Below are positions 1 to 11,445 of a DNA stretch of 34,296 nt, in pieces. Source of the DNA: an uncultured Microbacteriaceae bacterium (lineage in GTDB: Bacteria > Actinomycetota > Actinomycetes > Actinomycetales > Microbacteriaceae); the NCBI GenBank assembly GCA_964445125.1, contig CAYUJX010000002.1, positions 1 through 34,296 of the forward strand, in the 5' to 3' direction. A program made the position numbers and the translations under genes. Below the pieces are notes generated by a model. That model was not told where the DNA came from and ran no database searches. It was given only the letters and a program-made list of their open reading frames with translations. Every line of letters starts with the position of its first letter. Position 1 is the first letter of the stretch.

Positions 1-319
1 ACCGACGAAAAAGGGTCACCACTTCCGCGCGCAAAGCCGTCCTTTGGCGTATCCTCAGACCTCCGAGAGTCGCCCTGGGCAACACCCCCGCGGCGGCGAG
101 GACGCGCTGCACCTTGGTGGAGCCCATACCCGGGATTGAGCGAAGAAACCATTCCACGCGCAATCCCGCGAGGATCTCGTCGGCCTCTTCTCCTTGCGCC
201 CGATCGAACAGCTCCAGAATGTTTTCCTCACCAGCAGCAATCGCAGCCTTGAGCGTGGCTCGCGCTTGACGCACCGCCACCCCGAGGGTAGAGGCGGCGT
301 GTGCGTCAAACTCCACCAT
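1..319 (-). CDS. Actinobacterial integration host factor (mIHF-like, H2TH) domain; partial, probably the N-terminus of an mIHF-guanylate kinase fusion
   Basis: Not in the ORF track. My translation from ATG 319 (TGATG overlap with the pyrF stop; alternative GTG at 322) is [30 protein letters not shown]...LAGLRVEWFLRSIPGMGSTKVQRVLAAAGVLPRATLGGLRIRQRTALR..., open to the window edge. LxSIPGxGxxK and LGGLxxRQRxAL are mIHF hallmarks, and pyrF-mIHF-gmk is the usual actinobacterial order. Confidence 0.8.
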   Translation of the reverse strand, partial: MVEFDAHAASTLGVAVRQARATLKAAIAAGEENILELFDRAQGEEADEILAGLRVEWFLRSIPGMGSTKVQRVLAAAGVLPRATLGGLRIRQRTALRAEVVTLFRR

Positions 320-1143
320 CACTGCCCCAACTCCTGCACAGCTCCAGCAACGGCCGTGGTGAAACCCCCGCGGCCACCCATCAGGAGGGACCGTGCCGCC
401 ACAGCTATGACACGCGTGGAGGTAGCGAAAATGTCTTTACAGTCCGACAGGTGCGCCCCCTGAGCGCCGAATCCGGGTGCGAGTATCGGAACATGCGGAT
501 GAGTCGCAAGATCAATTCCTGCGAACACTTGGTCCACCGTGGCACCGATGACGACTCCGTGCGAGCCCTGTGCGGCGGGGTGTGTCCGCACGTAGCGGGC
601 GACATCGTCGAGCACCGAAGCAACAACTGTATTTCCGCGGCTGGTGAGCGCAGACTGAATCTCCTGGGCTTCAGGGTTAGAAGTGGCGGCAAGGACAAAA
701 ACCCCCCGGCCACCCGTTGCTGCAAGCTCGAGGGCGGGCGCTAACGCTGTGACCCCCAAATAGGGACTCACGGTGAGCGCGTCCACCTCGAAATCAGCAC
801 CAGGGGCGAGCCAGGCATCGGCATACCCTGCCATGGTGCTTCCGATGTCGCCGCGCTTGGCATCCCCAATCGTCGCCACACCGCTTTCTCGAAGGTGACC
901 GAGCAGGTGGGAGAGCGAAGCCATGCCGCTAACTCCGTGGCGTTCAAACAGGGCAACCTGGGGCTTTACCAGAGCCACCTCTGCCTCAGCAATCTCCTCG
1001 ATCACAGCGCGAACCCAGTGGAACAGCCCCTCGGGAGAATCGGCGCACTCCCAGCGTTCCAGCACCTCCGGGTGAGGGTCAAGCCCCACACACAGGGTCG
1101 AGCCGTGCTCGGTGAGCTCTCCGAGCACGGTGGCAAAACTCAC
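319..1143 (-). CDS. pyrF: Orotidine-5'-phosphate decarboxylase
   Basis: [25 protein letters not shown] and LAPGFGAQG motifs; last gene of the pyr cluster. Confidence 0.96.
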   Translation of the reverse strand: MSFATVLGELTEHGSTLCVGLDPHPEVLERWECADSPEGLFHWVRAVIEEIAEAEVALVKPQVALFERHGVSGMASLSHLLGHLRESGVATIGDAKRGDIGSTMAGYADAWLAPGADFEVDALTVSPYLGVTALAPALELAATGGRGVFVLAATSNPEAQEIQSALTSRGNTVVASVLDDVARYVRTHPAAQGSHGVVIGATVDQVFAGIDLATHPHVPILAPGFGAQGAHLSDCKDIFATSTRVIAVAARSLLMGGRGGFTTAVAGAVQELGQ

Positions 1144-4100
1144 GCTTCACGCTCGCGCGCGTAGTCCTGCAGACTTTTCACCTGGGGGCTCTCGGAATGA
1201 TATTCCAGGGAAGCAACCGCAGCACCCACCTGGGCGATGGTGGTAAACAGTGCTTTGTCGGCTGCCACCGTGGCCGTGCGAATTTCGTAGCCATCCACCC
1301 TCGCGCTGCGACCCCGGGGAGTATTAATGACCATGTCGATTTCCCCCGCCCGAATCAGATCCACAATGCTCGGCCCAGGCAGGCTCGAGTCTTCGTCGGT
1401 CTGTTTACGTACCACCGTGGTTTCAATGCCGTAGCGCGCGAGTGTTTCCGCTGTGCCTTCGGTGGCCATCAAGTTAAAACCCAACTGGGACAGCCGCAAG
1501 ACAGGTAGGACAACGGAGCGTTTGTCTCGATCTGCGACAGACACGAAGACGGTTCCTGAACGGGGAAGCCCACCGTAGGCGGCATCCTGGCTCTTGGCGA
1601 AGGCTTCGGGGAAGGTCGCAGCAATGCCCATGACTTCACCGGTGGAACGCATCTCTGGACCCAGAATCGAATCCACGATATCCCCTGCAGGTGTCCGAAA
1701 ACGTTTGAACGGCAGTACTGCCTCTTTGACGGAGATCGGCGAAGACGAGGGGACGTCTCTCCCATCACGTTCGGGCAAGACCCCAGACGAAATGAGTTCT
1801 TTCACGCTCGAGCCCGTCATGACGAGCGCAGCCGCGCGCGCGAGTTGAATCCCTAGCGCCTTGGAAACAAAAGGCACCGTTCTACTTGCGCGAGGGTTTG
1901 CTTCCAGGACATAGAGCACCCCGGCTGCAACGGCAAATTGAACGTTAATCAGGCCGCGGACGCCAATACCGCGGGCAAGTTTCTCTACACCCTCACACAC
2001 CTCGGCCACCACGTTTCTCCCGAGGGTCACCGGTGGGAGCGTGCAGGAGGAGTCACCGGAATGAATCCCCGCTTCTTCGATGTGCTCCATCACCCCACCG
2101 ATATACAGGGTTTCTCCATCAAACAAGGCGTCGACGTCAATCTCGACCGCGTCATCCAGGAAGCGGTCGACGAGCAGAGGCGCCCCGGGGCCCACAATGG
2201 CCAAGCCTTCAATGCGGCCAAAATAGTCCGCCAAAGATTCCTGGTCATAGACAATTTCCATCCCGCGCCCCCCCAGGACGTAGCTGGGGCGCACCAGGAC
2301 CGGGAAGCCGATGTCCTCGGCGATGGTGAGTGCGTGAGGGTAGTTCGTGGCGGTACCGTTACGGGGCGCCACAAGCCCTGCCTCCTCGAGGATTCGAGCA
2401 AACGACCCTCGCTCCTCCGCTAAGTCGATGGAGCTAGGAGAGGTCCCTAAGATGGGAACGCCCGCGGCTTCTAAGCCTTCGGCGAGCCCGAGAGCCGTTT
2501 GGCCGCCAAGCTGGACGATGACCCCCAACATCTCGCCCGCAGCGCTCTCTTGATGGATAATTTCGAGCACATCCTCCAGGGTCAAGGGCTCAAAATACAA
2601 CCGGTCACTGGTGTCATAGTCTGTGGACACCGTTTCGGGATTGCAGTTAATCATGATGGTTTCAAAACCCGCATCGCGCAAAGCGAAAGCGGCGTGAACG
2701 CAGGAGTAGTCGAACTCGATTCCTTGACCAATACGATTGGGCCCCGAGCCCAAAATGACCACCTTTTTGCGGTCAGAGGGCACCACTTCTGACACCTGGT
2801 CATAGCTGGAGTAGTGGTAGGGAGTAAGCGCCGGAAATTCACCCGCGCAGGTGTCTACGGTCTTAAACACGGGCCGCAGGTTGAAACCATGGCGCACCTC
2901 GCGCACCGCGTGCTCTGAGAGTCCTCTCAGAGAGCCAATCTGGGCATCGGAAAGCCCATGTTCTTTGGCCCAGCGCAGGATCTCCAGAGAAAGCTCTGGA
3001 GCGTCGGAGACGTCCTGGGCGACCTCGTTAATCAGCTCAATCTGGTCGAGAAACCACGGGTCTATCCCTGTGGCGTCGTGAACTTCCTCCACCGTGGCCC
3101 CGAGTCGCAGAGCTTGTTGGACGGTCACAATGCGGCCGTCTGTGGGAACTGCGGAACGCTCAATAAGCTCCTGCCGGGAAGAGGTCTGAGCATCCCAATG
3201 AAAAGAGCTACCGCGTTGCTCTAGCGAGCGCAGAGCCTTGTTGAGAGCCTGGGAGAAGTTTCGACCCAGCGCCATAGCCTCGCCGACAGATTTCATCGTG
3301 GTGGTGAGGGTGCGATCTGCAAGCGGAAATTTTTCGAAAGCGAACCGGGGGACTTTCACCACGACGTAATCCATGGTGGGTTCAAAGGACGCCGGAGTGA
3401 CACCGGTGATGTCGTTGGGTATCTCATCTAAGCGATACCCCAAAGCCAGCTTGGCGGCGATTTTGGCAATCGGGAAACCCGTGGCTTTGGAAGCCAAAGC
3501 GGAGCTTCGCGACACGCGAGGGTTCATTTCGATCACGATGATGCGACCTGTGAGGGGTTCCACAGCGAACTGAATGTTGCATCCTCCGGTATCCACGCCC
3601 ACGGCGCGAATGATGTCAATACCGATGTCACGCAAACGCTGGAATTCCCGGTCCGTCAGTGTCAACGCGGGGGCAACCGTAATCGAATCCCCCGTATGGA
3701 CGCCGACCGGGTCAACGTTTTCAATCGAGCACACCACAACGGTGTTGTCTGCGCTATCGCGCATCATTTCTAGCTCGTACTCTTTCCATCCCAGAATGGA
3801 CTCTTCGAGCAGCACTTCTGTCGTCGGACTCTGGTGGAGTCCATCGCCCACCATGCGCACAAGTTCTGCTTCGTCATGGGCAAAACCAGAACCCAGGCCA
3901 CCCATCGTGTAGGAGGGGCGGATGACCAAGGGATACCCCAAGTCTTGTGCAAACTCTTTAGCCTCGTCTATTGCGGTGGCGATGTAACTGCGCGCGACAT
4001 CTGCCCCACAGTCAAGAACGAGGTCTTTGAATATCTGGCGATCCTCACCACGCTGGATGGCCTCGAAGGAAGCGCCGATGAGCTCAATGTCATATTTTTC

Positions 4101-4424
4101 GAGAATCCCCTCCGTGTGCAAGGCCATCGCGGCATTCAAGGCGGTCTGGCCTCCAAGAGTGGGAAGAATTGCGTCGGGACGCTCCTTCGCGATGATGGCT
4201 TCCAAAACCGCGGTCGTGATGGGTTCTATGTAGGTCTGATCAGCAAAACCCGGGTCTGTCATGATTGTTGCCGGGTTTGAGTTGACCAGAATGACCCGGA
4301 CCCCTTCCTCCCTCAGCACCCGACAGGCTTGAGTTCCCGAATAGTCGAACTCGGCTGCCTGGCCAATGACGATGGGGCCTGACCCAATGACAAGAACGCT
4401 GCGAATATCGTCGCGCTTAGGCAT
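1140..4424 (-). CDS. carB: Carbamoyl-phosphate synthase large subunit
   Basis: MPKRDDI...[17 protein letters not shown] start, duplicated ATP-grasp halves, C-terminal MGS domain; 1094 aa. Confidence 0.99.
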   Translation of the reverse strand: MPKRDDIRSVLVIGSGPIVIGQAAEFDYSGTQACRVLREEGVRVILVNSNPATIMTDPGFADQTYIEPITTAVLEAIIAKERPDAILPTLGGQTALNAAMALHTEGILEKYDIELIGASFEAIQRGEDRQIFKDLVLDCGADVARSYIATAIDEAKEFAQDLGYPLVIRPSYTMGGLGSGFAHDEAELVRMVGDGLHQSPTTEVLLEESILGWKEYELEMMRDSADNTVVVCSIENVDPVGVHTGDSITVAPALTLTDREFQRLRDIGIDIIRAVGVDTGGCNIQFAVEPLTGRIIVIEMNPRVSRSSALASKATGFPIAKIAAKLALGYRLDEIPNDITGVTPASFEPTMDYVVVKVPRFAFEKFPLADRTLTTTMKSVGEAMALGRNFSQALNKALRSLEQRGSSFHWDAQTSSRQELIERSAVPTDGRIVTVQQALRLGATVEEVHDATGIDPWFLDQIELINEVAQDVSDAPELSLEILRWAKEHGLSDAQIGSLRGLSEHAVREVRHGFNLRPVFKTVDTCAGEFPALTPYHYSSYDQVSEVVPSDRKKVVILGSGPNRIGQGIEFDYSCVHAAFALRDAGFETIMINCNPETVSTDYDTSDRLYFEPLTLEDVLEIIHQESAAGEMLGVIVQLGGQTALGLAEGLEAAGVPILGTSPSSIDLAEERGSFARILEEAGLVAPRNGTATNYPHALTIAEDIGFPVLVRPSYVLGGRGMEIVYDQESLADYFGRIEGLAIVGPGAPLLVDRFLDDAVEIDVDALFDGETLYIGGVMEHIEEAGIHSGDSSCTLPPVTLGRNVVAEVCEGVEKLARGIGVRGLINVQFAVAAGVLYVLEANPRASRTVPFVSKALGIQLARAAALVMTGSSVKELISSGVLPERDGRDVPSSSPISVKEAVLPFKRFRTPAGDIVDSILGPEMRSTGEVMGIAATFPEAFAKSQDAAYGGLPRSGTVFVSVADRDKRSVVLPVLRLSQLGFNLMATEGTAETLARYGIETTVVRKQTDEDSSLPGPSIVDLIRAGEIDMVINTPRGRSARVDGYEIRTATVAADKALFTTIAQVGAAVASLEYHSESPQVKSLQDYAREREA

Positions 4425-4426
4425 TG

Positions 4427-5572
4427 TTACCGCGCTCCTTCCGGGGTTGACAGGTGTTTTTCCACCATGTCTCTAAAGCGGTCGAATAAGTGGGTTGCAT
4501 CGTGCGGACCTGCCGCCGCTTCCGGGTGATATTGCACCGAGAAGGCAGGCAGGTCGAGGGCTCTCAGCCCCTCCACGACGTTGTCGTTCAAGCTGTAATG
4601 GGACACTTCAACCCGGCCAAAACCTGCAGGGGAATCAAGGACACCCTCGAGCGGGGCGTCGACGGCAAATCCGTGGTTTTGGGAGGTAATTTCCACACGC
4701 CCGGATTCTTTGTCGAGAACCGGCTGGTTGATGCCGCGGTGGCCGTAGGGAAGTTTGTAGGTTCCAAAACCCAAAGCACGCCCCAGGAGTTGGTTGCCAA
4801 AGCAGATTCCAAAGAACGGCAACCTCTCGCGCAACGCCTCCTGAAGTAACTCAACCTGGTCATCAGACGCCGCGGGGTCTCCAGGCCCGTTGGAATAAAA
4901 CAGAGCAACCGGGGATATCGCCAGGACATCCTCGAGAGTGGACTTTGCTGGCAAGAGATGAACTTCAAAACCCCTGGCGGCGAGGTGGCGCACGGTGGAT
5001 TCCTTTATTCCCAAATCCAGCGCTGCCAGGACCCCCAGGAGAGGCCCCGTCGAAGGGATGACGCGGGTCGAATCAACACTGACTCGATCCGACAGGCTCA
5101 ACCCCGACATGGAAGCGGCACTTCGCACCGCGCCGAGTTGCTCGTCGGGGGAAAGGGTCAGAGCGTCTCCGCTAAATATGCCGCCGCGCATGACGCCTGC
5201 TTCCCGGAGCACCAGCGTAATGGCCCGGGTGTCGACACCAGAAATGCCCACAATGTCATCGTGGAGCAGGTCTTCATCCAGGCTCCGAGTGGAACGATAG
5301 TTCGAGGGACGCCGCGCAGGATCACGCACAACAAACCCTTCCACCCAAATTCTGCGCGACTCCGCGTCTTCATCGTTCATTCCGGTATTGCCAATATGGG
5401 GCGCGGTCATGACGACAATCTGGCCGGCATAGCTGGGGTCCGTGAGGGTTTCTTGGTATCCCGTCATCCCTGTGGAGAACACCACCTCACCTAGTCTCTG
5501 CCCCACGCTCCCCCAGGAATATCCGGGAAAGCGAGAACCGTCTTCTAACACCAGCACCGCTGCGGATCGCAC
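4427..5572 (-). CDS. carA: Carbamoyl-phosphate synthase small subunit
   Basis: [28 protein letters not shown] (catalytic Cys) and QYHPE motifs. Confidence 0.98.
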   Translation of the reverse strand: MRSAAVLVLEDGSRFPGYSWGSVGQRLGEVVFSTGMTGYQETLTDPSYAGQIVVMTAPHIGNTGMNDEDAESRRIWVEGFVVRDPARRPSNYRSTRSLDEDLLHDDIVGISGVDTRAITLVLREAGVMRGGIFSGDALTLSPDEQLGAVRSAASMSGLSLSDRVSVDSTRVIPSTGPLLGVLAALDLGIKESTVRHLAARGFEVHLLPAKSTLEDVLAISPVALFYSNGPGDPAASDDQVELLQEALRERLPFFGICFGNQLLGRALGFGTYKLPYGHRGINQPVLDKESGRVEITSQNHGFAVDAPLEGVLDSPAGFGRVEVSHYSLNDNVVEGLRALDLPAFSVQYHPEAAAGPHDATHLFDRFRDMVEKHLSTPEGAR

Positions 5573-6063
5573 TATTGATTCTCCTTTGCGAGCGAATTGA
5601 TACGGTCGACGACCGCTTCCAGGTTGCTATCGACCAGCCGAAAGTAGCTGTCCACCATGTGGGGGCCCAGTAACCACTGCACCATGAGCAGCCCATCAGG
5701 CTCCACCACGCGGTCAATGGTCCACGTTGCACGGCCAGCTCGCAAATTCGCGCTAAACGGCAACACGATGGGATCGGACCCACGCGCGTCGAGCACGAGG
5801 CCTCCCGGGGCGAACCCGAGTGTGGCCTGAGACCGAAACGCCAAGGGACCGACAGCGACCCTCTGGAGCGGGGCGCCTGCTTCGGAGGTGCCAACGTAAA
5901 GACACTCAATTCCCTCAGTTACCGAGCCTTCTGGGTCGCTCCACGTGAAAAAGCTTTTCCATCCCGAGTAGGAGTTTCTTCGCCTGCGCCACCCCCACCA
6001 AGCGCCACCGAGAGCCAACGCCATCACGGCGAGCAGTATCAAAGCAGACTGTTCTTGAGTCAC
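5572..6063 (-). CDS. Conserved membrane-anchored protein of the actinobacterial pyr operon (function unknown)
   Basis: N-terminal TM helix followed by WWGWRRRR, YVGT and a beta-rich C-terminus. Overlaps pyrC and carA. Same position as the uncharacterised pyrC-carA gene of other actinobacteria. Confidence 0.8.
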   Translation of the reverse strand: MTQEQSALILLAVMALALGGAWWGWRRRRNSYSGWKSFFTWSDPEGSVTEGIECLYVGTSEAGAPLQRVAVGPLAFRSQATLGFAPGGLVLDARGSDPIVLPFSANLRAGRATWTIDRVVEPDGLLMVQWLLGPHMVDSYFRLVDSNLEAVVDRINSLAKENQ

Positions 6064-7373
6064 GAAAGTGCCTTCCTTCTGAGGTGAACCTCGGGCATGG
6101 GGACGAGGACACCGTCTCGAACAGTCGGCGCCCCGCCATAAAACGTGTGCAGAACCTGTCCCGACAACGTGATGCCGAGATAAGGGTTGTTAGAGCTCAA
6201 GCTGGCACCAGGCGGTGGGGTGGGTGCGGAGGTATCAACCAGAGTCAGGTGTGCCGGTTCTCCGACAGCGAAAGGCTTCGAATATCCAGCCACTTTTCCA
6301 ATGCGAGCCGGTGTGCTCGACATCACCCGCGCGACATCGACCAAAGAAAGATGTCCCGGCTTCACGAGCGTTTCTAGCACCACGGGTAAAGCAGTTTCCA
6401 AACCAAGCATGCCAAAGGCTGCGAGTGAAAAAGCACACCTTTTCGCTGCCTCCGGGTGGGGCGCGTGGTCGGTGGCCACAATGTCTATCACCCCGGAGGC
6501 AACCGCTTCGCGCAACGCAAGAGTGTCCTCTTTCGCGCGCAGCGGCGGATTGACCTTAAACGTCGGGTCCGCCTCACAAAGCAAATCTTCGGTCAACAAC
6601 AGGTGGTGGGGGGTGACCTCCGCTGTCACCGCAATTCCCCGGGCCTTCGCCCACGCCACCACGGCAACAGATCCGGCTGTGGACAAGTGACACACATGCA
6701 GACGCGCACCCACGGACTGTGCCAGCAGGACGTCTCGAGCAATAATGGTCTCTTCAGCGACGCCAGGCCAGCCTTTCAAGCCCAGGGCGATGGCCACGTC
6801 TCCGGAATTCATTTGAGAACCTTCAGTGAGACGAGGGTCCTGAGCGTGTTGGGCCACAACACCACCGAGAGCACTGACTCGCTCGAGGGCTTCTCGCATA
6901 AGTCGTGAGTCGTCCACGCAGTGACCGTCGTCCGAAAACACTCGAACCTGGGCTGCCGAGCCAGCCATCGCCTCGAGAGAAGCCAACTCTTTCCCGGCGA
7001 GACCCTTGCTGATGGCCCCCACCGGTCGCACATCGACGTAGCCGGCGTCTCTGCCCAGATCCCAGACGTGGTCGGTGGCAGCAGAGGTATCCGCGACGGG
7101 TGTTGTGTTTGCCATTGCGTGCACGGCGGTGAAGCCGCCTAGTGCGGCTGCTTGGGACCCAGAAAGCACCGTTTCCGCCTGCTCCATTCCCGGTTCTCTC
7201 AAATGAGTATGAAGGTCAACAAGTCCGGGAAGCGCAACAAGGCCTGCGGCATCGATGGTGACGGCGTGCCGGGGCGATACGTCCTCAGGGGACACAAAAA
7301 CTCCCCCCGAAATAGCGAGGGTGTCGTTTTTTACCCCGAAGAGAGAGGCTCCCACTATTAAGTACTCACTCAT
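6060..7373 (-). CDS. pyrC: Dihydroorotase
   Basis: [24 protein letters not shown] and ATDHAPH motifs. Start placed at ATG 7373 (ATGA overlap with the pyrB stop) rather than 7388. Confidence 0.96.
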   Translation of the reverse strand: MSEYLIVGASLFGVKNDTLAISGGVFVSPEDVSPRHAVTIDAAGLVALPGLVDLHTHLREPGMEQAETVLSGSQAAALGGFTAVHAMANTTPVADTSAATDHVWDLGRDAGYVDVRPVGAISKGLAGKELASLEAMAGSAAQVRVFSDDGHCVDDSRLMREALERVSALGGVVAQHAQDPRLTEGSQMNSGDVAIALGLKGWPGVAEETIIARDVLLAQSVGARLHVCHLSTAGSVAVVAWAKARGIAVTAEVTPHHLLLTEDLLCEADPTFKVNPPLRAKEDTLALREAVASGVIDIVATDHAPHPEAAKRCAFSLAAFGMLGLETALPVVLETLVKPGHLSLVDVARVMSSTPARIGKVAGYSKPFAVGEPAHLTLVDTSAPTPPPGASLSSNNPYLGITLSGQVLHTFYGGAPTVRDGVLVPMPEVHLRRKALS

Positions 7374-8308
7374 GAGTGATCCCCCCACACCTCATATAGC
7401 GCCGCCATCCGCACGGAGACACCGTTGCGCACCTGATCGAGAATGACAGATCGCGTCGAATCCGCTACCTCCGAGGCTATCTCCACCTCCCGATTGAGAG
7501 GACCCGGGTGCAACACGATGGAGTTATCGGGCAGAGCGTTGGCTCGCTCGGAGGTGAGGCGAAAGTCTCGAATGTACTCTTCCAGGCCCAGAAGGCGCGA
7601 AGAGTCCATCCGTTCCTTTTGCACACGCAACATCATGATCGCGTCGGGCCCAAGCCCAATGGCATCATCAAGGTTGGTCATCACTGTCACCGGCCACGTT
7701 CCTATTTCCGGGGGGAGAAAGTCTGCAGGGGCAACCAGAGTGATATTGGCGCCCAGCGTGCTTAGGAGGGCCACATTAGAGCGGGCAACGCGCGAGTGGG
7801 CTATGTCCCCCACAATCACAATGTGAAGGCCAGCGAGGTCCTTCCCTCGAGGTTGCTCATAGTGATGGCTACGAAGCGTGGCGGCGTCGAGGAGTGCCTG
7901 GGTGGGGTGCTGGCCCATACCGTCTCCGGCATTAATAATCCGCGCGCGCACCCACCCTGAGTGCGCCAGTTCGGCAGCCGCACCTTCGGTGAAATGGCGC
8001 ACCACGATAATGTCAGCGCCCATGGCCTCGACTGTCTGGGCGGTGTCTTTGAGGCTTTCGCCTTTCGAGACGCTCGATCCGTGAACCTGGAATGTCATCA
8101 CATCGGCAGACAACCGTGTCGCCGCTGCTTCGAACGACAGCCGTGTCCGAGTGGAATCTTCAAAAAATAGGTTAACCATGGTGACACCCCGGAGCGTCGG
8201 CAACTTAGGTACCTGGCGGTCGGCGACGGCAGAAAACTCAAGGGCTGAGTCCAGCAGGGTCAGAGCGTCGGGGCGGCTGAGATCTTGGGCGGAGAGCAGG
8301 TGTTTCAT
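7370..8308 (-). CDS. pyrB: Aspartate carbamoyltransferase catalytic subunit
   Basis: [32 protein letters not shown] and HPGP motifs. Confidence 0.98.
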   Translation of the reverse strand: MKHLLSAQDLSRPDALTLLDSALEFSAVADRQVPKLPTLRGVTMVNLFFEDSTRTRLSFEAAATRLSADVMTFQVHGSSVSKGESLKDTAQTVEAMGADIIVVRHFTEGAAAELAHSGWVRARIINAGDGMGQHPTQALLDAATLRSHHYEQPRGKDLAGLHIVIVGDIAHSRVARSNVALLSTLGANITLVAPADFLPPEIGTWPVTVMTNLDDAIGLGPDAIMMLRVQKERMDSSRLLGLEEYIRDFRLTSERANALPDNSIVLHPGPLNREVEIASEVADSTRSVILDQVRNGVSVRMAALYEVWGDHS

Positions 8309-8835
8309 AGCTCGACCACAACCTCATCAACCCCGTCGACCTCCTCCAGGTGCACGCTGACGCGCTCCCCCGGGGCAGAGGGCAGGTTCTTTCCCACATG
8401 GTCGGCCCGAATCGGCAGTTCACGATGCCCACGATCAACGAGCACCGCGAGCTTTACTGCTCGAGGGCGGCCAAGCGCGGTCAACGCATCGAGCGCTGCG
8501 CGAATAGTTCGTCCCGAAAACAACACATCATCGACGAGGACAACCACCGCTGCGTCAATGCCTCCACTAGGCAGTTCGGTGGGGGCGGGGCTCCTATGCC
8601 CCGTCCGCGCCAGGTCATCGCGGTAGAGGGTAACGTCGAGGCTTCCCACAGCAACGCTCTCACCGGTAATGTCAGAGACCATTGCCGCGAGACGGTGGGC
8701 CAAGAAAGCGCCCCTGGTGGGAATTCCCAATAGGACAAGCGAAGACGTTTCTGGCGTGCCCTCAACTATTTCGTGGCTAATACGGCGAAGAGATCGCTCA
8801 ATATCTGGCGCAGAGAGAGCGGGACGCACACTCAT
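8305..8835 (-). CDS. pyrR: Bifunctional pyr operon regulator / uracil phosphoribosyltransferase
   Basis: [27 protein letters not shown] (PRPP loop) and [12 protein letters not shown] motifs. Confidence 0.97.
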   Translation of the reverse strand: MSVRPALSAPDIERSLRRISHEIVEGTPETSSLVLLGIPTRGAFLAHRLAAMVSDITGESVAVGSLDVTLYRDDLARTGHRSPAPTELPSGGIDAAVVVLVDDVLFSGRTIRAALDALTALGRPRAVKLAVLVDRGHRELPIRADHVGKNLPSAPGERVSVHLEEVDGVDEVVVEL

Positions 8836-8839
8836 CTAG

Positions 8840-8878
8840 CCCTCCTTCCGCGCCTCACGGGACGCTTCTTAAAGTAGG
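8840..8878 (-). promoter_or_regulatory. PyrR-binding RNA hairpin overlapping the pyrR Shine-Dalgarno
   Basis: mRNA reads CCUACUUUAAGAAGCGUCCCGUGAGGCGCGGAAGGAGGG. It contains CUUUAA and GUCC-NGNGA-GG, the two conserved PyrR-site elements. The lower stem pairs CCUACUUU with GAAGGAGG (the SD). Confidence 0.85.
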
Positions 8879-8886
8879 TTCGACGG

Positions 8887-9333
8887 TCAGTCTATGGCAT
8901 CGTCTAGAGAGGGCTGTGCCTCATCGGGAATGTCGGCGAGGGAGGCGAGTATCCCGTGAACGAAACCTCCGGAGGCTTCTGTGCTGAGCTGGGAAACCAA
9001 GTCGACAGCTTCAGAAATGCTGACGGCTACCGGCACCTCAGGGTTGTGAAAGATTTCCCACACAGCAAGGCGCAAAATTGCTCTGTCAACGGCTGGCATG
9101 CGATCCAGCGGCCACGACGTACTGGTGGTGGAGAGGGCCTCATCTATCGCGTCGCTGTGGGCGATGACCCCGATTACCATCTCCTCGGCGTACCCCCAGC
9201 TGCCCACACGCTCGGGTTGCCGACCCGCAATGATTCTCGCCTCCTCGAGCGCTACGTCGAGGTCTATTTCTCGAACATCGGCGCTGAAAAGAACATCAAG
9301 GGCGCGCTTGCGCGCTTTGCGTCTGGCGCTCAC
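8887..9333 (-). CDS. nusB: Transcription antitermination factor NusB
   Basis: [14 protein letters not shown] arginine-rich start, [17 protein letters not shown] and FVHGIL motifs; follows efp. Confidence 0.96.
   Translation of the reverse strand: MSARRKARKRALDVLFSADVREIDLDVALEEARIIAGRQPERVGSWGYAEEMVIGVIAHSDAIDEALSTTSTSWPLDRMPAVDRAILRLAVWEIFHNPEVPVAVSISEAVDLVSQLSTEASGGFVHGILASLADIPDEAQPSLDDAID
8889..8894 (-). promoter_or_regulatory. Putative sigma-A -10 (TAGACT) for the pyr operon
   Basis: TANNNT hexamer in the last nusB codons, placed to start transcription near 8882, just before the PyrR hairpin. Confidence 0.55.
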
Positions 9334-9896
9334 TCGTCACTCACGCGACCCAGGTATTCGCCTGTCCTGGTGTCCACTTTTACTTTGGTTCCCTGTTCGA
9401 CGAACAGGGGCACCTGAATGTCATAGCCGGTCTCCAGCGTCGCGGGCTTGGTGCCACCGGTGGACCGATCGCCTTGCAGCCCCGGCTCTGAGTACGTAAT
9501 TTCGAGAACGACCGAGGCGGGCAACTCAATATAAAGCGCCTCGCCCTCATGCATAGCAATCGTGACCGCCTGGTTAGAAAGCATGAAGTGAGAAGCGTCC
9601 CCCACGACATTTCCTGGCACGGTTACCTGGTCAAAGTCGGCTTGGTCCATGAAGACGAAGTCGGCGCCATCTTCGTAGAGGAACGTGTAGTCACGGCGGT
9701 CAACGACGGCAAAATCTACTTTGGTGCCCGCGTTGAAAGTCTTGTCGACGACTTTCCCAGACCGAACGTTTTTCATCTTGGTCCGCACGAACGCTCCGCC
9801 CTTGCCCGGCTTCACATGCTGGAACTCCACAACAGCCCAGAGCTGTCCATCCAGGTTCAACACGCTGCCGTTCTTGATTTCGTTCGTTGTTGCCAC
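9330..9896 (-). CDS. efp: Elongation factor P
   Basis: [21 protein letters not shown] and [12 protein letters not shown] motifs. Confidence 0.98.
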   Translation of the reverse strand: MATTNEIKNGSVLNLDGQLWAVVEFQHVKPGKGGAFVRTKMKNVRSGKVVDKTFNAGTKVDFAVVDRRDYTFLYEDGADFVFMDQADFDQVTVPGNVVGDASHFMLSNQAVTIAMHEGEALYIELPASVVLEITYSEPGLQGDRSTGGTKPATLETGYDIQVPLFVEQGTKVKVDTRTGEYLGRVSDE

Positions 9897-9897
9897 G

Positions 9898-10344
9898 TTA
9901 TTGCCTTCCTACCAGGGTCATCATGTGATCTAAAGCCAAGGAATAAGACTCTGCTCCGAATCCGGCAATCACGCCGGTGGCGACGCCACTAATCACGGAG
10001 TGGTGGCGAAACTCTTCGCGAGCGTGAGGGTTAGATAAGTGCACCTCGATGAGAGGCAATCCCGCTTCCGTTACCATCGCGCACGCATCTCTCAAGGAGT
10101 AGGAGTAGTGAGTGAACGCTGCGGGGTTCAGAATCACCGGTGTTCGCTCGTCCACCGCCGTGTGCATAAAACCCACCAGGGTTGCCTCATCATCGCTTTG
10201 TTCAAAACTCATGTCAACGCCCGTGGCTAGGCGTGCACGCAGAGTTGCTTCGATGTCCGCCAATGTCGCTGTCCCATAAATCTCGGGTTCTCTCGAGCCC
10301 AGACGAGCGAGATTAGGGCCATTGACGACCAGGATGCGCACCAT
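9898..10344 (-). CDS. aroQ: Type II 3-dehydroquinate dehydratase
   Basis: [26 protein letters not shown] and [15 protein letters not shown] motifs. Confidence 0.97.
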   Translation of the reverse strand: MVRILVVNGPNLARLGSREPEIYGTATLADIEATLRARLATGVDMSFEQSDDEATLVGFMHTAVDERTPVILNPAAFTHYSYSLRDACAMVTEAGLPLIEVHLSNPHAREEFRHHSVISGVATGVIAGFGAESYSLALDHMMTLVGRQ

Positions 10345-10350
10345 GTTCCA

Positions 10351-10356
10351 AGACTA
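10351..10356 (-). promoter_or_regulatory. Putative -10 (TAGTCT) giving a leaderless aroQ transcript
   Basis: TAGTCT-6 nt-ATG; the TAG is the aroB stop codon; no SD before aroQ. Confidence 0.55.
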
Positions 10357-11445
10357 GCCGGTGTGGCCGGACAGCTCTTGGTACGCAGCAAACAGCATGG
10401 ACTCGTCGGGTATCGACAGCACACGCGGCTTTCCCACATCGTCTAGGACCACAAAACGCAGAACGCCACCGCGCGCCTTCTTGTCCTTTTGCATTGACGC
10501 CAGGAGGCCTCGCCAGCGATCCTGCGGATAGGTCAAGGGCAAGCCAAGCGAACCCAAAAGGCTGCGATGGCGAGCGACCTGACTGTCCCCCAGGTTGGCA
10601 ACAATCCTGGAAAGCTCGGCAGCGAAAACCATTCCAATCGATATCGCAGCTCCGTGGCGCCACTGGTATCGCTCTGCATGCTCAATTGCGTGGCCCAAGG
10701 TATGTCCATAGTTCAAAATTTCGCGTTGACCCATCTCACGAAAATCGTCTCCCACGACGGTGGCCTTCACGGCAATCGCACGCCTCAGCAGTTCAAAAAA
10801 CACCTCCGAGGAGGTGTCCACCGCAGCGTCAGGGTTGGCTTCGAGGAGATCCAAAATTATCGGGTCCTTGATAAAGCCGCATTTCACCACTTCAGCAAGA
10901 CCCGTGCGCACTTCGTTTTCAGAAATACTCCCCAACAGGTCAGGGTCAATCAGGACAGCCTTGGGGGAATAAAAGGCCCCCACCAAGTTTTTCCCCTCAG
11001 CCGTATTGATACCCGTCTTCCCTCCCACGGAGGCATCGACCATTCCTAAGACCGTGGTGGGAACGTGAATCAGAGGAATCCCACGCAACCATGTTGCGGC
11101 CACAAAACCGGCTGTATCCGTTGTTGCACCACCGCCCAGAGATACAATCACATCGGTGCGATGGAAATCCAGCTGAGCGAGGATGCCCCAGCAAAAAGAC
11201 GCAACCTCGACACGCTTCGCACCTTCCGCATCGGGCAGTTCTGCCAAAAAAACCTGCCTATCGGCGCCGAGAGTGTCGCGAAGTACCGCTGCTATTGACG
11301 CGAGAGGTGGGGCGTGAACAATAAGAACTTTATGGGCGTCGCCGGGGAGGATTTGGGCCAACTGAGTCAGTGAGCCAGGCCCCATGATGATCGGGTAATC
11401 CCCCTGCTGGGCATTCGACACAGTGATGGTTTCGTGGGACGTCAT
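10354..11445 (-). CDS. aroB: 3-dehydroquinate synthase
   Basis: LGGGATTD, PTTVLGMVDASVGGKTGIN, LNYGHTLGHAIE and HGAAI motifs. Start at ATG 11445 (ATGA overlap with aroK). Confidence 0.97.
   Translation of the reverse strand: MTSHETITVSNAQQGDYPIIMGPGSLTQLAQILPGDAHKVLIVHAPPLASIAAVLRDTLGADRQVFLAELPDAEGAKRVEVASFCWGILAQLDFHRTDVIVSLGGGATTDTAGFVAATWLRGIPLIHVPTTVLGMVDASVGGKTGINTAEGKNLVGAFYSPKAVLIDPDLLGSISENEVRTGLAEVVKCGFIKDPIILDLLEANPDAAVDTSSEVFFELLRRAIAVKATVVGDDFREMGQREILNYGHTLGHAIEHAERYQWRHGAAISIGMVFAAELSRIVANLGDSQVARHRSLLGSLGLPLTYPQDRWRGLLASMQKDKKARGGVLRFVVLDDVGKPRVLSIPDESMLFAAYQELSGHTG

Noticed and set aside
55-309. 84-aa minus-strand ORF from the track
   Set aside because: Wrong frame; the overlapping frame from ATG 319 gives the recognisable mIHF-like protein.
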